From assembly GCA_049609045.1 (NCBI GenBank), contig JBMYYC010000006.1, positions 398 through 64,397 of the forward strand: a DNA stretch of 64,000 bases. Reading direction: 5' to 3'. Positions 60,922 to 64,000 of the stretch are shown one piece after another. The notes under the pieces were generated by a model. The model did no database searches. It was not told where the DNA came from and saw only the letters and a list, made by a program, of their open reading frames with translations. Origin of the DNA: Lishizhenia sp. Its GTDB lineage: Bacteria > Bacteroidota > Bacteroidia > Flavobacteriales_D > Crocinitomicaceae. Position numbers and translations under genes: made by a program. Every line of letters begins with the position of its first letter. Position 1 is the first letter of the stretch.

Positions 60922-62061
60922 ATGATGCAGATAGATTCTAAATTGCCTAACATGGGCACCACGATATTTACCGTAATGTCGCAATTAGCAGCAGAGCACA
61001 AAGCCATTAATTTATCGCAAGGTTTTCCAAATTTCCCAATAGCTGAAGGTTTACAAAACACTATAGCCCGTGTGGTTCAAGAAAATACGCATCAATATGT
61101 ACCTCTTGGAGGTTACCCAAAACTTCTAGATGCCGTTCAGAACAAAATAAAAAGACATTATAACAGAGATATAAACGCATCGGAAGAACTTTTAATAACC
61201 GCGGGTGCTACGCAAGCTATATTTACAGCGATACAAGCACTTATTCAACCCGGTGATGAAGTTATTATTTTAGATCCGTCTTACGATTGTTATGCACCTG
61301 CAGTAAAATTAGCAGGAGGAAAAGCAATACACGTTAATCTTAACGAAGATTTTAATGTAGATTGGAATAAAGTAGCGTACGCATTTTCTTCTAAAACTAA
61401 GATGATAATTACGAATAATCCGCACAATCCAAGCGGACAAGTTTTCGAATTAAAAGATATTGAAGCACTAGAATTGATCTTAGAAAAGTTTCCAAAAGTA
61501 TTTTTATTGTCTGATGAAGTGTATGAATTTATCCATTTTGAAAAACCGCATATCTCAGCACACACCAGAGAAAAACTCAAAAATAGAAGTATTATTACCT
61601 CATCATTTGGCAAAACCTTTCATGTAACCGGTTGGAAAATTGGTTATGTAGTTGCACCTAAAGAAATAATGGTAGAAATTAAAAAGGTGCACCAATATTT
61701 AGTGTTCTGTGTAAATAGTATTTGTCAAATTGCTTTAGCAGAATATTTACCAAAAACAGATTTGCATGAACTGAGTGTTTTTTACAAAAAGAAACGCGAT
61801 TTCTTTACTGCAAAAATGACCAATTCTAAGTTTGAATTATTACCGAGTTACGGTTCTTATTTTCAAACGGCCAGATATACAGAAATATCCGACAAAAGTG
61901 ATGTAGAATTTGCCAAATGGCTTACTGTAGAAAAAGGCGTAGCAGTGATACCAACTTCTGTGTTTAATGCAAATGGCGCAGACAATAAAATTATTCGCTT
62001 TTGTTTTGCTAAAACAGAAGAAACAATTGTAGAAGCAACAAATTTATTATGCAAAATTTAA
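60922..62061 (+). CDS. PLP-dependent class I aminotransferase (YbdL methionine/kynurenine aminotransferase type)
   Basis: SKLPNMGTTIF, AINLSQGFP, NNPHNPSG, SDEVYE, SSFGKTFHVTGWK, IRFCFAK. Confidence 0.92.
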   Translation: MMQIDSKLPNMGTTIFTVMSQLAAEHKAINLSQGFPNFPIAEGLQNTIARVVQENTHQYVPLGGYPKLLDAVQNKIKRHYNRDINASEELLITAGATQAIFTAIQALIQPGDEVIILDPSYDCYAPAVKLAGGKAIHVNLNEDFNVDWNKVAYAFSSKTKMIITNNPHNPSGQVFELKDIEALELILEKFPKVFLLSDEVYEFIHFEKPHISAHTREKLKNRSIITSSFGKTFHVTGWKIGYVVAPKEIMVEIKKVHQYLVFCVNSICQIALAEYLPKTDLHELSVFYKKKRDFFTAKMTNSKFELLPSYGSYFQTARYTEISDKSDVEFAKWLTVEKGVAVIPTSVFNANGADNKIIRFCFAKTEETIVEATNLLCKI

Positions 62062-62822
62062 CCGTAGGTTTGGTGCAAGCCAACCAAATTTGGGAAGATA
62101 AAAATGCCAATTTTGAAAACTACTTGCGCTTAATCCAAAATACAGAAGGTATTGATTTATTGGTGTTGCCCGAAATGTTTTCTACCGGATTTTCTATGCA
62201 ACCCGAAAAGTTGGCTGAACCTTTTTTCACATCTGAAAGTATTACTTGGCTGCGCAATTTAGCAAGCAAACAAAATTGTGCTGTTACTACTTCTCTAATT
62301 ATTGAAGAAAACAAAAAGTACTTCAACCGTATGGTTTTTATAGAACCCAATGGAATATTGAAGTCTTATGATAAACGTCAACTTTTTACACTTGCCAAAG
62401 AAGATAAGCACTATACAGCAGGCAATACAACTCAAATCATAGACTATAAAGGCTGGAAACTAAATTTGCAAGTGTGCTACGACTTACGTTTTCCTGAGAA
62501 TTGTAGAAATAATGTAGAAAATGAGCGTTTTAATTACGACGTATTAATCTATGTTGCCAATTGGCCTGCAAAAAGGAAAGAACATTGGAAAACACTATTA
62601 AAAGCAAGAGCAATAGAAAATCAAAGTTATTTAATTGGTGTAAACAGAGTAGGAATAGATGGAAAAGGGTTTGAATATTCTGGAGATTCTGCACTCATAA
62701 ATCCTCTTGGTGAAATTATATCTACTTCAAACAGAGAAGAATTAATACGCACTACGCTTGTTGCATCGGAACTTAAAGAAATAAGAGAAACTATTCCGTT
62801 CTTAAAAGATAGAACGCTATAA
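62049..62822 (+). CDS. Carbon-nitrogen hydrolase (omega-amidase YafV type)
   Basis: LPEMF, YDKR, CYDLRFPE, ARAIENQ; overlaps the aminotransferase. Confidence 0.9.
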   Translation: MQNLTVGLVQANQIWEDKNANFENYLRLIQNTEGIDLLVLPEMFSTGFSMQPEKLAEPFFTSESITWLRNLASKQNCAVTTSLIIEENKKYFNRMVFIEPNGILKSYDKRQLFTLAKEDKHYTAGNTTQIIDYKGWKLNLQVCYDLRFPENCRNNVENERFNYDVLIYVANWPAKRKEHWKTLLKARAIENQSYLIGVNRVGIDGKGFEYSGDSALINPLGEIISTSNREELIRTTLVASELKEIRETIPFLKDRTL

Positions 62823-62830
62823 ATTTTGGT

Positions 62831-63262
62831 ATGGACTGGATTTCTTTGGGTTGGGTTGGACTCTTTTTTGTTACGTTTCTATCTGCTACACTTCTGCCTT
62901 TTTCTTCTGAAGTAACTGTAATTTTATTCTTGGCAAACGGTTATAATCCTTGGATATGTTTAGGTATTGCAACTTTAGGAAACGCTTTGGGCGGTGCAAG
63001 CAATTATTGGATAGGATTACAGGGTAAAACAGACTGGTTTCTTAAACTTGGTTTAACAGCTACGCGATTAACTAAAATTGAAAAACAATTCAAAAAAAGA
63101 GGTCAATTCATTGCATTTTTTGGATTCTTACCATTTATTGGCGATGTAATCTTATTAGTATTGGGTGTATTTAAAACACAAATCTGGAGTACTCTGTTGT
63201 TAATGACTTTGGGAAAAGGACTGAGATATTCCGTTTTAATTTATTTATTCTTCCTATATTAG
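62831..63262 (+). CDS. YqaA family (VTT/DedA-like) membrane protein
   Basis: FLSATLLPFSSE, GNALG, LPFIGD, GKGLRY. Confidence 0.88.
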   Translation: MDWISLGWVGLFFVTFLSATLLPFSSEVTVILFLANGYNPWICLGIATLGNALGGASNYWIGLQGKTDWFLKLGLTATRLTKIEKQFKKRGQFIAFFGFLPFIGDVILLVLGVFKTQIWSTLLLMTLGKGLRYSVLIYLFFLY

Positions 63263-63330
63263 TTCCTCTCACAAGCAAATGCAGTTGATACTATTTTGAA
63301 CGTGTTTTTTCTTAAACTTATATTAGTAGC

Positions 63331-64000
63331 ATGAAGTGGATATTCCTTTTTTGTATTGCGTTATTCTCTGTCTTTAGCTTTGGTCAAACAATTCGTGGTT
63401 TGTGGTTTGCCAATTTATTAATTGGCGGACAAAATATCAGTTTAGAATTAAAAGTACCCGAAAATATAGAGAAATCTGTTTTAACCGATATTCGTGGGGA
63501 GAATAGATATCCTATCGCATTAGAAGAAGTTAAACTAGAAAACAATCAATTCTCTTTTGCTGTTTCTAAATTAGGAATAACATATACAGCTCAACTAAAA
63601 AAAGATAGTATTATTGGAACCTTTAAACAAGGTGTTTTTGACGCTGAACTTCTCTTTCTGCGTGAGAAACCAGAAAAAATAAATATTCTCCGACCACAAG
63701 AACCGAAGCCTCCTTTCAACTACTTATCTAAAGATATAACATTTGAAAATAATATCGGAAACTTTACACTTTCTGGAACCCTTAGCTTACCAAAAAACGC
63801 CATTTCTAACTTTCCAATAGTTATTTTAGCCAGTGGTAGCGGAGCGCAAGATAGGAACGAAGAATTATTGGGACATAAACCTTTCTTGGTGATTGCAGAT
63901 TATCTTTCTTCTAACGGTATAGGTGTATTGCGTTTCGACGATAGAGGAACGGGTGCGTCTGGTGGTAGGTTTGAAGGTGCATCTATTTATGATTTTTCTG
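63331..64000 (+). CDS. Secreted alpha/beta hydrolase (runs off window end)
   Basis: Manual translation from ATG 63331: MKWIFLF...RPQEPKPPFNY...LSGTLSLP...SGSGAQDRNEELLGHKPF...GVLRFDDRGTGASGG. Confidence 0.9.
   Translation, partial: MKWIFLFCIALFSVFSFGQTIRGLWFANLLIGGQNISLELKVPENIEKSVLTDIRGENRYPIALEEVKLENNQFSFAVSKLGITYTAQLKKDSIIGTFKQGVFDAELLFLREKPEKINILRPQEPKPPFNYLSKDITFENNIGNFTLSGTLSLPKNAISNFPIVILASGSGAQDRNEELLGHKPFLVIADYLSSNGIGVLRFDDRGTGASGGRFEGASIYDFS

Overview
AT-rich chromosomal window of a Bacteroidota (Flavobacteriales-like) bacterium, judged from TAnnTTTG promoters, T9SS components and cargo, and the split atp operon. It is mostly housekeeping: gpmI, purF, nbaC, ppa, gpsA, atpBEFHAG, sprE/porW, porP plus an OmpA/PorE-like gene, tRNA-Gln, DUF2723, iscA-sufBCD and ybdL/yafV-like genes, with five T9SS-secreted proteins. 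The most striking signal is two four-helix-bundle (23S rRNA IVP/Avd-like) genes inserted co-directionally inside essential operons. One is intact between iscA and sufB; the other is an unannotated pseudogene between atpA and atpG. Each is bracketed by arrays of 7-bp tandem repeats in inverted orientation, and the variant repeat units are mirrored across the gene, so the mRNA could fold into a stem that loops out the inserted gene. A third, weaker inverted heptamer-like pair brackets sufBCD. All alignments were done by eye; no searches or folding programs were run.
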